A stretch of DNA of 64,000 nt from Promethearchaeota archaeon (GCA_048938105.1 JBHLMN010000014.1:64001-128000), one strand, 5' to 3'; counted from the first letter of the stretch, positions 18,282-29,899 are shown. Numbers and translations: made by a program. Notes: generated by a model not told the origin, from the letters alone.

Positions 18282-18444
18282 GATTATTCATTCCATTTTT
18301 TTTCAGTCTTTTCATATTTAAAATAGGGATTCTAACAAGAAATAAAGATTCCTTCATTTGTCAGAGTCTACAGTTCAATGAAGTCCGATTTTGAATGACA
18401 AAGTAAATTTTTTGCTATATTCCCTAGAGAAGAGAATATAGAAC

Positions 18445-19500
18445 CTAAAGTTGCCAATAATCACCTAATAAACCCTTGGATCGATTAACTGTAGCAATAG
18501 TCTGATCGCTAGGCTCTAATAAATGAGAAGTTTCTACTCGATCCTGAATAAAAGGGGTAATGTATGATGAAACCAAAGTTGGCAGAGATTGGATATTGTA
18601 CCCTCCTTCTAGGAAATGCGCAAATGGGATTTCTAATTCGGAGGCGATTCGGTTGATGTACTTTCCTATAACAGAAAAACCATCAACTGTAACTCCTAAG
18701 ATTCCAATAGGATCTCTTTCATAAGCATCGAAACCTGCTGAAATAGCTAAGAATTGTGGTTTAAATTGAAAAATAATAGGTTGGATGAGCTCTTCAAAAA
18801 CAAATTGAAGATCAGCTTCAGAGGCACGATAGCCAAGAGGTACAGGAACATTATAACCTCGTCCATCTCCTTTTCCAATTTCTTCTACAAATCCACAACC
18901 AGGATAAGAGATTCTGGGGTCAGCATGAGTGCTAAAATACAAAATATTTGGATTCTTCTCATGAATATAAGCGGTTCCATTGCCAAAATGCTGATCAAAA
19001 TCGATAATCGCTATACGTTGAAACTTTTTTTGTACTATTGCTAATTCTGTTGCAATCGCAATATTATTAAAGATACAAAATCCCCCAGGTGATGTTCGAG
19101 TTGCATGATGGCCTGGAGGTCGCACTAAAGCAAAGATTGAGGTGTTACGGTCACTCTCCCATATAGCTTTTTTGCCAACAGCCACAGCTTGACGTGACGC
19201 TTCAAAAGTATAATTATTTGCAGCTGTATCTCCATCAAAATAAAAATGACCAGTTTGACCTTGACTTCTTTCAATAAGACTATAATGGTCTAATGAATGA
19301 GTCACGAGAATTTCATCTTTGGATGCAGGTTGATCCAGTATATCATAACTTATTTGATCATTTTTCTGGGAATGAAGCCATTCTTCAATGATCTCTATCC
19401 TTTGTGCTGATTCAGGATGAAACATTCCGCAAGAGTGTTTTTTCGATAATAAATTTGAAATAAAATTAATTTTTGCCACTTTATTTCTACCTGACTTCAT
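18445..19500 (-). CDS. Histone deacetylase family protein
   Basis: HPE, RPPGHHA, GFCIFNN, DFDQHFGNGT, SAGFD and LEGGY motifs. Confidence 0.93.
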   Translation of the reverse strand: MKSGRNKVAKINFISNLLSKKHSCGMFHPESAQRIEIIEEWLHSQKNDQISYDILDQPASKDEILVTHSLDHYSLIERSQGQTGHFYFDGDTAANNYTFEASRQAVAVGKKAIWESDRNTSIFALVRPPGHHATRTSPGGFCIFNNIAIATELAIVQKKFQRIAIIDFDQHFGNGTAYIHEKNPNILYFSTHADPRISYPGCGFVEEIGKGDGRGYNVPVPLGYRASEADLQFVFEELIQPIIFQFKPQFLAISAGFDAYERDPIGILGVTVDGFSVIGKYINRIASELEIPFAHFLEGGYNIQSLPTLVSSYITPFIQDRVETSHLLEPSDQTIATVNRSKGLLGDYWQL

Positions 19501-19771
19501 ATAACCTATACTATGTCAAATTTCAAATCTGTGATTGAGTTATTAAAAGGAGATCTTTTTTATTAATATAAGAATAGTTATTAATTACTCTGGAATAAAT
19601 GAATCCTCAGATAAAAATTATAACTTATTGTGAGTTTATCGCAAAAATCTAGATAATTATAGCCAATTCCATAGATAATAGAATAGATATGTTACTTCAG
19701 AAACAGTAAGCTTCTAGAGTGACCGTGATAGATCTTCTTAAACCAAATTCGGATTATTCTAAAATCTATTC

Positions 19772-20287
19772 TTGAATAAAGGTCTTAATGAGGAAAATCC
19801 TGTGTCATCAAAGAGAATCATTGTCCAAAAAATATCTTGTATTAGAAGCACAGGTAAAGCTAATGAAACTCCCGGCTTTCAAGTATCTGGTCTTAAAGAC
19901 TTGGATCGAGATGAAACAACAGCGAAAATTGGATTTATCATTTCAGGGGTAAAAATTGTAGCTTTTCAGCAAACAATTGGCATGGGAATTCGTACAAGAA
20001 TAAAATGGATACCATCTGGGTTTGAGATCCGAGAAGAGATCCATCCTCTCGATGGGGTAGTAGTTGACTTGCAGCGGCGGAATAATGTAATCTTTGTAGA
20101 CGGAGATGACAATTCTGCCGTAGTTATGCAGGGAGAACCAACAATCCAAAATAAAGGGTTTACTGGTCAAATACTTCAAGTAAATTGGTTAGATAAAGAA
20201 ATTTTCATTACTCCTCTGCATAAACAATCAAGTTTTCATTGTGTTTTGAACCCTAGAAATAATCGAATAGACTGTTTAGTTAGGTGA
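19772..20287 (+). CDS. Hypothetical protein
   Basis: 171-aa ORF filling the gap between genes; no recognised motif; start uncertain. Confidence 0.55.
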   Translation: MNKGLNEENPVSSKRIIVQKISCIRSTGKANETPGFQVSGLKDLDRDETTAKIGFIISGVKIVAFQQTIGMGIRTRIKWIPSGFEIREEIHPLDGVVVDLQRRNNVIFVDGDDNSAVVMQGEPTIQNKGFTGQILQVNWLDKEIFITPLHKQSSFHCVLNPRNNRIDCLVR

Positions 20288-20383
20288 ATTCTGAAAGCGT
20301 TAAAGTTTCCTTCTTCGAGAATTAGAATTGCTTTGAAACAAAGAAACTACTAAATTTTATATCATTTAATTAAAAAAAGGGAG

Positions 20384-20752
20384 TTAAACGACAATAGAAT
20401 CGATAACGGTCTCTGTTCCAGAAATAATATTTGTAGAATAACTTTTGCATTTAGGACATTGAAAAATTGGAGCTAGTTCGTTATGCTCTTGAGGAAAGTT
20501 TTTTATCATCCCTTTAAAATCACAATTTTCACACTGAAGTTCTCCAGGGATCCAAATAATCTCTAGTTCGGAATTAGCGGTTAAATCTGACTCAGTTTTA
20601 ATTAAATCAAAACAAAAACGGAATTGATCTTCTTGAACTAGCGCAAATATTCCAAATTTCAGAACTATTTTTTGAATTCTTTTCACATTATGTTCTCGGG
20701 CTACAGTCAACGTATTTTCAATCACTGATTGCACTAACGAGAATTCGTGCAT
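20384..20752 (-). CDS. hypA: Hydrogenase maturation nickel chaperone HypA
   Basis: MHE N-terminus and two CxxC motifs. Confidence 0.95.
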   Translation of the reverse strand: MHEFSLVQSVIENTLTVAREHNVKRIQKIVLKFGIFALVQEDQFRFCFDLIKTESDLTANSELEIIWIPGELQCENCDFKGMIKNFPQEHNELAPIFQCPKCKSYSTNIISGTETVIDSIVV

Positions 20753-20822
20753 TTTAATTCTGAATTAGTCTCTCAGAAGAGATTAAAAAAATCTTTACTG
20801 TGATGTTTGTGAGGATTAAAAT

Positions 20823-21479
20823 TTGCCTGATGTTCGAATAATAAGTATAGATCAAAAGATTCAAGAAGCAAATGACCTTATTGCCAATAGAATTCGAAAA
20901 AAAAGAAAAAAATTCAACATTCCAATGATTGACATCATGGGGAGTGTGGGTTCAGGGAAAACTTCCATTCTCGAGTTTTTTGCTAAAAAATACCGTTCTA
21001 CTCACAATTTATTAGTCATCAATGGAGATTTAGCAACAGATATTGATGCTCAACGAATTGGACGATTTGGAAGTACATGTCTTCAGATTAATACTGGCAG
21101 AGGGTGTCATTTAATGGCTTTTCAGATTGAAAAAGCATTTGAAGAAATTGAGTTCAAAAATTATGATTTTATATTTGTAGAAAATGTAGGAAATTTAATC
21201 TGTCCATCTTCAACAGATGTGGGAGCAGATATGAAAATCACGATCACCAGTGTTACAGAAGGCCCTTATGTTTTTCAAAAACATCCTGTTACCTTTAAGA
21301 TAAGTAAATTAGCAATATTAAATAAAATTGATCTTGCTCCTGCAATGGAAATTGATGTAAAAGCAGTTATTTCTAAAGCTAATGATATATATCCATTGCT
21401 TGAAGTAATTCCAACAAGTGCCAAAACAGGAGTAGGAATGGATTTATTAGCAACCAAAATCGGGTTAGAATCAATATAA
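20823..21479 (+). CDS. hypB: Hydrogenase nickel-incorporation GTPase HypB
   Basis: GSVGSGKT, GCHL, ENVGNLICP and NKID motifs. Confidence 0.95.
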   Translation: MPDVRIISIDQKIQEANDLIANRIRKKRKKFNIPMIDIMGSVGSGKTSILEFFAKKYRSTHNLLVINGDLATDIDAQRIGRFGSTCLQINTGRGCHLMAFQIEKAFEEIEFKNYDFIFVENVGNLICPSSTDVGADMKITITSVTEGPYVFQKHPVTFKISKLAILNKIDLAPAMEIDVKAVISKANDIYPLLEVIPTSAKTGVGMDLLATKIGLESI

Positions 21480-21535
21480 GAAAATACTTGATTTTAATTT
21501 AAAAAGAAAGAAGGAAGGAAGAAACCTTAAAGATA

Positions 21536-22840
21536 TTAAAATAATCCTAAGAATTTCTTTCTATTCTTTTTAGGTTCAATGGAATTAGTTTCATCTTCAA
21601 TTGTAAACCGTGCCGAGGGAAACCCCTTCTTACCTTCCATTTTTTGAGCAGATATAACAGAGAAAGGAGAATCGAGATCCGATAATAATGACTCTAAATC
21701 ACTTTTTGAATAATATAAACCATCACTTTCCGTTAAGGGGGAGTGGACATCGCTTAAAACCACAATAATGCGTATTTTATTTCCCAAGTCAGGATCTATT
21801 GTTGCACCCCAGATTATCTCCGCAGAGGTGTCGATTTCTGTTGCGATTTTCATTACCGCTTCTTCAGCATCCTTCAAAGCTAAACCTTCACCTCCTGAAA
21901 CACAAATTAATCCTTTTTTCGCACTACTAATATCTAAATCATCTAATAACGGATTCTTAAGTGATTCAAAAACAGCTTCATCAACTTTCATATGTTGATG
22001 GTCTGATTCTCCAAGACCAATCATAGCCATTCCTCCCTCTGTTAAAATTTTACGCACATCAGCAAAATCAAGGTTAATTAATTGAGGTTTTGTGATAAGC
22101 TCTGTAATTGCCATAACTGCTCGGAGGAGAACTTCATCAGCAATCCGAAACGCTGCCATCATAGTAATATCATCGGAAATTTGAAGGAGCTTCTCATTAG
22201 GTACAACTATGACAGTATCTGAAGCATCATATAGCTTTTTTAATCCAATTCGTGCATTTTCATATCGTTTCACTCCTTCCATTTGAAAAGGGAGGGTACA
22301 AATCGATACAGTGAGGGCTCCTTTTTCTTTTGCCTGTTTTGCGATAACATGTGCAGCCCCAGTTCCTGTACCACCACCAAGTCCACAGGTGACAAAAACC
22401 ATATTTGCCTGGTCTATCATAGTTTTAATGTCGTCCAGTGATTCTCGAGCAGCAGTCTCACCAATTTCGGGATTATTTCCAGCACCAAATCCACGAGATG
22501 TATCTTTACCTATTAATAATTTTTTATGAGCACGAGTCGATAATAAATGTTGAGCATCTGTGTTTACAGCTATACATTCGGCATCTACACCAGCACTCAT
22601 TAAACGATAAACAGCATTATTACCTGCTCCCCCTACTCCAATAACTTGAACCCGAGGTAATCGTTCTGTCAGTATATCAGCTATTTCACTTTCTACTTTT
22701 TGAGGGGTTGAGTAGAGAGAAACAGGTTCGTTTTTAGGCGCGCCTAGATTTTTGAACGATCCTGATCCGTTCAAAGCATCTTTTAAAATCGATTCCATAA
22801 GATGGGCCTTCCTTCTTAATCTCAATAATTTATCCGACAA
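21536..22840 (-). CDS. ftsZ: Cell division protein FtsZ
   Basis: [17 protein letters not shown] and NLDFADV motifs; start uncertain. Confidence 0.96.
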   Translation of the reverse strand: MSDKLLRLRRKAHLMESILKDALNGSGSFKNLGAPKNEPVSLYSTPQKVESEIADILTERLPRVQVIGVGGAGNNAVYRLMSAGVDAECIAVNTDAQHLLSTRAHKKLLIGKDTSRGFGAGNNPEIGETAARESLDDIKTMIDQANMVFVTCGLGGGTGTGAAHVIAKQAKEKGALTVSICTLPFQMEGVKRYENARIGLKKLYDASDTVIVVPNEKLLQISDDITMMAAFRIADEVLLRAVMAITELITKPQLINLDFADVRKILTEGGMAMIGLGESDHQHMKVDEAVFESLKNPLLDDLDISSAKKGLICVSGGEGLALKDAEEAVMKIATEIDTSAEIIWGATIDPDLGNKIRIIVVLSDVHSPLTESDGLYYSKSDLESLLSDLDSPFSVISAQKMEGKKGFPSARFTIEDETNSIEPKKNRKKFLGLF

Positions 22841-23067
22841 AAAAGATAAAGGAAATTATATCATTCTCATGTTATGGTAGATAACAAAGAGAACATCCAT
22901 TTTTCAGCTAGATACCTGAATTTTCAGTGAGATTAGTAAAAGTAAATTCATTGAAACACTCCTAATCCGCGATTTAGTTGCTTCTTGAAGCTTTGGAATC
23001 ATATAAATACTTGAGACGACAATTACTTTTCCCTCCATACTCATCAGCTAGAAAAGAAAGAGTAAGA

Positions 23068-23141
23068 TGGGTTCGGAGGGATTTGAACCCCCGATCTTGC
23101 GCGCCCCAGGCGCAGATCCTACCAAACTAGACCACGAACCC
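23068..23141 (-). tRNA. tRNA-Pro(GGG)
   Basis: GGGTTCG...TGCGC-CT-GGG-GC-GCGCA...CGAACCCA cloverleaf. Confidence 0.93.
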
Positions 23142-23404
23142 TTCTTAGTGGTTAATTAAATTTCATGTATGATTAAACTTCAAATGTGATAATAAATGGG
23201 ACACTTTTAAGCAAATTTTGCGAAATTAGATTTTTATGTTCGTGTGTAATTTTATATGGGGCAGAAAATTGAAGGAAGTCTAGAAATAAAAAGTTAATCC
23301 CGCAATAAAGAGTTTATTTTGATTGAGTAGGAATTTGAAAAAGGATTTGAAGTGAATAATAGAGCTAAGAATCAAACATTATTAATCGGAGACGATCAAA
23401 ACCA

Positions 23405-24553
23405 TTGGAAAGTGAGTCTAAAATAAAATTGAAACAACGGAAAAATAGCGAACAAAGTTTTTTTTTCCTCCTCTCTGGAGAAAATCCAGAATTAGCAACT
23501 TATGAATTTGAAAGTATTGTTTCAAGCTTGGATATCCCAGTAAAATCAGATATCAGTCCTGATAAAAGAATCATCACATTTCAACTTGAATCAAACAAAC
23601 GAAAGATCTCCTCTTCTGAGGTTATTTCACTTCTTATGAAACGAGTCACTTTGACTCACTTTGGCTGCAAACAACTCTTTCAGGTAGACTTCAAACAGCT
23701 TCCTCCCCAATCATTACAGGAAATGGTTTTAAACTTTGATTCATCTACAGTTCAAAATTTAACACCAAATACTTCCTTTTCTGTATTCACAAAAAGAATC
23801 GGGGAACCAATTGAGGTACACAAACCCCGAACGCTAACCCAAGAACTTTCTAGTTACTTAGGTACTCTAATTATCCAAGAAAATCCTACTAAGCGAGTGA
23901 ATTTAGATAATCCCCAAGAACAATTCATTACGATCATAAGTAAACACGGTATATGGTTTGGCCAACTTATTGCTTATTCTCTTCGGAAAAATGTTCAAAA
24001 AAGAGCTGCTCATAAACGTCCATTTTTTCACCCAAGCTCAATGAATCCTCTGTTACAACGCACAATGGTGAATCTAGCAGCATTAAAAACTGGTGAATGG
24101 TTATTAGACCCGTTTTGCGGGGCAGGGGGAGCCCTAGTAGAGGCTGCTAGATTGGGAATTCAAAGTGTTGGAGTTGAAATCGATCGTAAAATTATCTGGG
24201 GGGCTTATCAGAACATAAAAGCTGATAGAATTGCGAATGATTCAACTCACCTCATTTTTGGAGATGCTACCCAACTTTCATTCAAGAAAGGATCTATTTC
24301 AGCCATAGTTACAGATCCCCCCTATGGTACGGCATCCTCCACTCATGGTTTTGATCTTCAAGACCTATTACTTAATTTTTTTCGTGAACTTCGTCCAATA
24401 TTGAGTCCTAAAGCTCGAGTTGTCATTGCTATTCCATCTAAAATAGAAATTGAAGAACAGATTGCTCAAATCTTGAACTCATCTTACAGAAAATTTCTTC
24501 AGTATGTTCATAGGTCTCTTACACGAAAGATCTTAGTCTTTTTTAATTCCTAA
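23405..24553 (+). CDS. trm11: tRNA (guanine-N2)-methyltransferase, THUMP + MTase (Trm11/TrmG10)
   Basis: LSGENPELA, RPFFHPSSM, DPFCGAG and TDPPYG motifs. Confidence 0.88.
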   Translation: MESESKIKLKQRKNSEQSFFFLLSGENPELATYEFESIVSSLDIPVKSDISPDKRIITFQLESNKRKISSSEVISLLMKRVTLTHFGCKQLFQVDFKQLPPQSLQEMVLNFDSSTVQNLTPNTSFSVFTKRIGEPIEVHKPRTLTQELSSYLGTLIIQENPTKRVNLDNPQEQFITIISKHGIWFGQLIAYSLRKNVQKRAAHKRPFFHPSSMNPLLQRTMVNLAALKTGEWLLDPFCGAGGALVEAARLGIQSVGVEIDRKIIWGAYQNIKADRIANDSTHLIFGDATQLSFKKGSISAIVTDPPYGTASSTHGFDLQDLLLNFFRELRPILSPKARVVIAIPSKIEIEEQIAQILNSSYRKFLQYVHRSLTRKILVFFNS

Positions 24554-24910
24554 CAACCAAACAAGATTTATTAATCCCTTTGTTCAGAAAACAGGAGAAT
24601 GGAATAATTCTGTTCTTCTCCCACCAAAATGAAGGAGACTTCTAGTAAGAAAAGCTCAAATAATAAAGCGAAAAATAAGAATTAAATCCTAACTAAAAAG
24701 ATACCTATCACTAGCCAAAGTTAAATAAGAGAGTTTATTCATAAAACCTAGTCATTTAAAAGTCAGTAATAAGCTAGGTTATTTGGAACTAAACAAAAGA
24801 ATATAGAAAAACAATAACTTTTTTCTAATTTAAACGTATTAAATGCTCGTACAGTAGGCTCACTATGAACTGGTCTTTAGTCCATCTTTCAAAAATGTTG
24901 GAATGATCAA

Positions 24911-26827
24911 ATGGAAAACATAAAGGCAGAATTGATTGAAGTGGATATGGATTTCGAAACAACCCAAGAAATCCCCATTCCTTCAAGATTGGTTGACCAG
25001 GTCATTGGCCAAGATCAACCAGTAGAAATTATCAAGAAAGCTGCTATCCAGCGACGAAACGTACTCTTAATAGGGGATCCAGGCACAGGAAAATCGATGT
25101 TGGGGCAAGCATTAGCTGAATTATTACCGAGAGAGGAATTAGAAGATATTTTATGCCTTCCCAACCAAAATGATTCCCATACTCCTCGTATAATGACTGT
25201 CCCTGCCGCTGAAGGGCGAAAAATTGTTGATCATTATAAACAATTAGCCCGGAAGGCTGATCAACAACGGAGTATGTTACTATTAGGAATTCCAGCAATA
25301 ATCATAATTATAGCAATATTCATGAGTGGGGGTGATGTCAACGCGATACTTATGGGTATTTTCGTTGCTTTAGTAGCATTTTTTGTTATTGGTCAATTTA
25401 GAAGTCGTCGTGAGAATTTGGTTCCCAAGTTATTGGTTGACAACTCGGAAAGTACAAGTGCACCATTTAGTGATGCAACTGGTGCTCATGCAGGAGCCCT
25501 TTTAGGAGACGTTCGTCACGACCCATTCCAATCAGGTGGTTTAGGAACTCCTGCACACGATCGAGTTGAGGCTGGTTTGATTCACAAATCACATAAGGGA
25601 GTTCTTTACATAGATGAAGTAGCTACACTTAATCAAAAGACTCAACAACAGCTTTTAACTGCAATGCAAGACAAACAGCTGGCAATCACAGGACAATCAG
25701 AACTCTCAAGCGGAGCTATGGTACGAACTGAATCAGTCCCTTGTGATTTTGTATTAGTAGCATCGGGAAATATAGATACTGTAAAACGGATGCATCCTGC
25801 TTTAAGGTCCCGTATTCGTGGATATGGTTATGAAATTGCTGTCAATCATTCCATGCCTGATACAATGGAGAATCGTCGAAAATTAGTACGATTTACAGCT
25901 CAAGAAGTGACTAAAGACGGGAAAATTCCTCATTTTTCCCGAAGCGCGGTGTTGGCTGTTATTTTAGAGGCTAAGAAGCGAGCTGATCGGAAAAACAGAT
26001 TATCGCTAAGATTAAGAGATTTAGGTGGATTGATAAGAGCTGCTGGTGATATTGCCCGCGAAGAGGGAGTTGCATTTACAGAGGTTCGTCATGTTTTAAG
26101 CGCTAGAGATCTCGCCCGCTCTCTGGAAAATCAAATAGCTGATAGGCAAATAGAGCATAAAAAAGAATATCAAGTTATTCAAACCACTGGCGGTAGAGTT
26201 GGGCGTGTTAATGGTTTAGCAGTTATTGCTGACCAAACAGGAGGCGCTCGTGGGGGTCATATAACGCCGATAGAAGCACAGGTGGTTCCTGCTCAAGGTG
26301 CGGGTGGAAAAACAATAGCTACAGGGAGTCTTCGCGTAATAGCTAGAGAATCAGTTCAAAATGTATCTGCTCTCATCAAAAAATACACTGGAAAAGATAT
26401 TTCAAAGATGGATGTCCATATCCAATTCCTGGGAGTTCATGGTATTGATGGAGATAGTGCAAGCGTTACTATTGCAACAGCTATTATGAGTGATTTATTA
26501 AATCTTCCAGTTCGCCAGGATTTAGCGATGACAGGTTCTCTCTCAGTACGCGGTGAGGTTCTTCCTGTGGGAGGAACATCTGCAAAAATTGAAGGAGCCG
26601 CTTCAGTTGGGATCAATCAGATAATTATTCCTGCTAAGAACTTTGAAGATGTTGTTCTTGACGAAAAAATCCGTAAATCTGTCCAAGTAACTCCAGTTGA
26701 AAATATCGATGAGGTTTTATCCATTGCACTAATTGGATGGGACAAAAAGAAACATGTCTCAACAATAATTACATCTCAACCTGAAAGGGTTTCTCCAACT
26801 ACAAAAACCGTCGGATACCCAACTTAA
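24911..26827 (+). CDS. lonB: Membrane-anchored ATP-dependent protease LonB
   Basis: GDPGTGKS, two-TM insert, LYIDE and DGDSAS motifs, plus the catalytic Lys region. Confidence 0.96.
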   Translation: MENIKAELIEVDMDFETTQEIPIPSRLVDQVIGQDQPVEIIKKAAIQRRNVLLIGDPGTGKSMLGQALAELLPREELEDILCLPNQNDSHTPRIMTVPAAEGRKIVDHYKQLARKADQQRSMLLLGIPAIIIIIAIFMSGGDVNAILMGIFVALVAFFVIGQFRSRRENLVPKLLVDNSESTSAPFSDATGAHAGALLGDVRHDPFQSGGLGTPAHDRVEAGLIHKSHKGVLYIDEVATLNQKTQQQLLTAMQDKQLAITGQSELSSGAMVRTESVPCDFVLVASGNIDTVKRMHPALRSRIRGYGYEIAVNHSMPDTMENRRKLVRFTAQEVTKDGKIPHFSRSAVLAVILEAKKRADRKNRLSLRLRDLGGLIRAAGDIAREEGVAFTEVRHVLSARDLARSLENQIADRQIEHKKEYQVIQTTGGRVGRVNGLAVIADQTGGARGGHITPIEAQVVPAQGAGGKTIATGSLRVIARESVQNVSALIKKYTGKDISKMDVHIQFLGVHGIDGDSASVTIATAIMSDLLNLPVRQDLAMTGSLSVRGEVLPVGGTSAKIEGAASVGINQIIIPAKNFEDVVLDEKIRKSVQVTPVENIDEVLSIALIGWDKKKHVSTIITSQPERVSPTTKTVGYPT

Positions 26828-27088
26828 TTTCCCTTTTTTATTGTTAGGTAATTATTTTTACATTGGTTCTATGGAGGGAAGCTATATGTCTCCCGTTGTC
26901 TCAAAGCTTACAGTTAATAACCCCTGAATGAAATCAGTGACTTCTTAGTAAGTCATTCTATGAACATTGTCATTTAAATTAATAAATATATTTTATAATA
27001 CTGATCATATTCTCTGGCTATCACTTTTTAAACTTCTAAAGAGAAAAATACACATAAGTATGTAGAAAACACAACCCCAAGAAGTCAT

Positions 27089-27166
27089 GGATCCGTGGCT
27101 TAGCCAGGATAGAGCGGCGGCCTTCTAAGTCGCAGGTCGGGGGTTCAAATCCCCTCGGATCCGCCA
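27089..27166 (+). tRNA. tRNA-Arg(UCU) with encoded CCA
   Basis: GCGGC-CT-TCT-AA-GTCGC in a complete cloverleaf. Confidence 0.95.
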
Positions 27167-27185
27167 TATCTGCTTTATTGGAAAT

Positions 27186-27289
27186 GGACTCGTGGCTTAG
27201 CTTGGATAGAGCATCTGCCTCCTATTTCTAAATCTATATAAGTTGAAAGAGATAGCAGAGGGTCGGGGGTTCAAATCCCCCCGAGTCCG
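27186..27289 (+). tRNA. tRNA-Arg(CCU) with canonical 37/38 intron (27225-27253)
   Basis: TCTGC-CT-CCT-A|29 nt|A-GCAGA; relaxed BHB. Confidence 0.9.
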
Positions 27290-27305
27290 TTTGGAATCGT
27301 TTCAT

Positions 27306-27408
27306 GGGCCCTTGGCTTAGCTTGGATAGAGCGCTTGCCTCCGGAGTAAAAGATTGGTTTCCCAAATATTCTCTACAGAGGTCGTGAGTTCGAATCTCAC
27401 AGGGCCCG
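27306..27408 (+). tRNA. tRNA-Arg(CCG) with non-canonical intron at 41/42 (27349-27376)
   Basis: Central helix GGAG/CTCT, bulges TA|A and AC|A. Removal restores the CTTGC/GTAAG anticodon stem. Confidence 0.85.
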
Positions 27409-27575
27409 TAAATTCGTTAAAAGGGGAAAAATAGCCTTTCTGAAAACAAGTTTTTTTTCCATGTTTCTCTTTCTAGCAAAAGTAGAGAGCGTAGATATGA
27501 AACCATAAATAAAAAGCTAGGATTGTGAACCATAGTATGGACTAAAGCAAATTCAGTTCGCGTATATAGCATATC

Positions 27576-27806
27576 TTATTTCTTAGAACCTAAATACCAA
27601 TCGAGGTATTCTCTATTCCTTTTACGTTTCTTATCTGTGTTTTCACTTTGTTCTACTTGAGCTTCCCATAAAGCTTCTTTTTGTTTGTCAATCATACGTT
27701 CATATTCTTGGCGTCGGAGAGCCAGTCCACAGACACTGCAAACATAGAATGGGGGGTTCCACTTCGATATGCCACCACATTCAGGACATGTTGCCAGTGT
27801 ATTCAC
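27576..27806 (-). CDS. Small zinc-ribbon protein
   Basis: CPECGG...YVCSVCGL followed by a charged helix. Confidence 0.75.
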   Translation of the reverse strand: MNTLATCPECGGISKWNPPFYVCSVCGLALRRQEYERMIDKQKEALWEAQVEQSENTDKKRKRNREYLDWYLGSKK

Positions 27807-28409
27807 CTCAGCGATAACAAACTGGGCATTACTTTCTATTAAAGGTTAATTAATTCATGATTGAAGATTGTTTCCATTCGAGAATAAAGCTCTATTTTTC
27901 CCCTATGTTCTTGGAATTATTAAAAATCCTTTATATTGGTTCATAACAGATCTAGAGGTATATACTTGAAATATATTCCATCAAATGAGGTTAAAATATT
28001 GCATAATGAAAAATTTAGAGAAGAAAAACTTAGTCTTTTAAAATAATTCCACTATTAGTCTAAAAATGAAATCTTAAGGTTGGAAAAATGTTTCTTTTTC
28101 TGCAAATGCCGTTTGAATCAATATAGCAAGATCTTGTACTTTCAGAATGATTAGTACGATATAAAGCGATATTTAAAGGAGAAAAAAATACGAAATATTT
28201 GATCGCAAAAAAAATACCTATGATAGATTAACTTAGGCAGAAAATGATCTAGTTAGCGCGCCAATATGCTGATAAACTTGGTATTGCTTGGAAAAAAGTT
28301 ACTTAGTTCTATCCTCAAAGCGTCCTCTCAGTTATGGAATTTTCTATTATTAACTAAATCGTTTGAATACGAACTCATATAAACCGTAAAAGGTGTTTCT
28401 TCGGAGTTC

Positions 28410-29537
28410 TTAAAGAAATTCCTTATATGTCTGTAGATTATCATAGGTTGGGTATTCTTCCACAATCCCCAAAGTTACATCTGGAAAAATTGCTTTAATT
28501 TCATGTTTTAATTCGTTTAATAAAGCTGCATTTGTTAAAAGACGATTTTTTTCCTGATCAATGTGAATTAAATCTTCTTGAATCTCCAATGTTTCAATCA
28601 ATGTCCAACGAAGGCGTGTTAAATCTATAGATGGCGATTCAATCACACCCCGCAGTAACAATCCTTTATCTGGCCCATTAGGAATGATTACATCCGAGAG
28701 TAGTTTCACATTTTTAGCTATACGGTATATACGGTTCGGTAGCTGGACTGCATCCTTAGTAGATAAGGAACAAAAATGAATAGGGATTGAAATGGATCGT
28801 GAAGCCCATTTGACGACTTTTTTTCCTAATTCAGCACTTCCTTCGACCGCTGATGGATTGTCTTGATCACAATTCAATCCATGAGCCAGGAGATTCCGAT
28901 AATTTGTCTCACTAATTTCAAGCTCATTAAGATTAACAAAGTAGAATTGGTCTTTATCAGGTAAGATAGCTGTAAAATGGTTAATAAGATCACGATAGAA
29001 ATCAAAGCCCTTCGTAGGTATTATAGGTACTTCTATTCCGATATCCAGATCGAATTGCGTGGCTAACTCAACTTGAGCAATATCCTTCTGAATATTAATG
29101 ACATGAAACCTGATTTCATCAATGTAAGGGTTAATTTCGGAGAGGGTTTCTGAGGTGATCTCCTTCCCACGAGTGTATAGATGAATGTGAAAGGACTCTG
29201 AGTATGTTTGTTTCAGAATCTTACAAAATCCCAGAGTTTGTGAGAAAGAATGATGTTCAAGTGGGTCTCCCCCTGTCATACTTGCACCTTTTGCATCCAT
29301 AATAGACGCTTCTAAAGTAAGGTCATCAATGTGCTTGATTGGCCTCTCATTCGCAAATGAATAAGGGGAGATTTTTCGTTCTACGCTTAAAGGACAATAA
29401 AAGCATTTACTAGAACATTCTGTAGTAACTAAAACAACAAGCTTTTCTCCAGTTATACATTGTTGGCACCCTCGCGAGAGTGAACCCGTATAACTGCTTC
29501 CCCAAGGAGTTTTTTTTATCATAATTATCACATTCAT
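28410..29537 (-). CDS. Radical SAM protein
   Basis: CSSKCFYCP (CxxxCxxC), upstream GCQQC, TGGDPL. Confidence 0.9.
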   Translation of the reverse strand: MNVIIMIKKTPWGSSYTGSLSRGCQQCITGEKLVVLVTTECSSKCFYCPLSVERKISPYSFANERPIKHIDDLTLEASIMDAKGASMTGGDPLEHHSFSQTLGFCKILKQTYSESFHIHLYTRGKEITSETLSEINPYIDEIRFHVINIQKDIAQVELATQFDLDIGIEVPIIPTKGFDFYRDLINHFTAILPDKDQFYFVNLNELEISETNYRNLLAHGLNCDQDNPSAVEGSAELGKKVVKWASRSISIPIHFCSLSTKDAVQLPNRIYRIAKNVKLLSDVIIPNGPDKGLLLRGVIESPSIDLTRLRWTLIETLEIQEDLIHIDQEKNRLLTNAALLNELKHEIKAIFPDVTLGIVEEYPTYDNLQTYKEFL

Positions 29538-29592
29538 CCCTTTTCAGGGGGACAAAATCAGAAATCGGAAATTATAGACTGTATCATGGGTT

Positions 29593-29856
29593 TTACTCTG
29601 GAAATTTCCAGAAAAACACTTCAAAATGGTCTCCCTGCGAAATGACTTTGAACTGGCCAGGTAATTCTGCTTGCCCTAATACCTTTTTTGTATAAAATTT
29701 CAGCTTTCGAGATGACAATCCCTTTAGTTCTATTGTTTTACCCTCTTTTTTCGCTTTAATATCCTCTTTTTCTCGAATTAGAGCTATAATATCATCAATC
29801 AACTCTGATTTTGGAATATTTGAGAGATCGACTTTCATTTCGTACACCATTCGCAT
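29593..29856 (-). CDS. rpl22e: Ribosomal protein eL22-like
   Basis: LSSRKLKFYTKKVLGQAEL...FKVIS...FEVFF parallels eL22 FSKRYLKYLTKKYLKK..L...RVV....YELRYF. Confidence 0.7.
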   Translation of the reverse strand: MRMVYEMKVDLSNIPKSELIDDIIALIREKEDIKAKKEGKTIELKGLSSRKLKFYTKKVLGQAELPGQFKVISQGDHFEVFFWKFPE

Positions 29857-29899
29857 TTTACTTAATATTGCAGCAAGGATCTTATGCTATCCAATTTAC

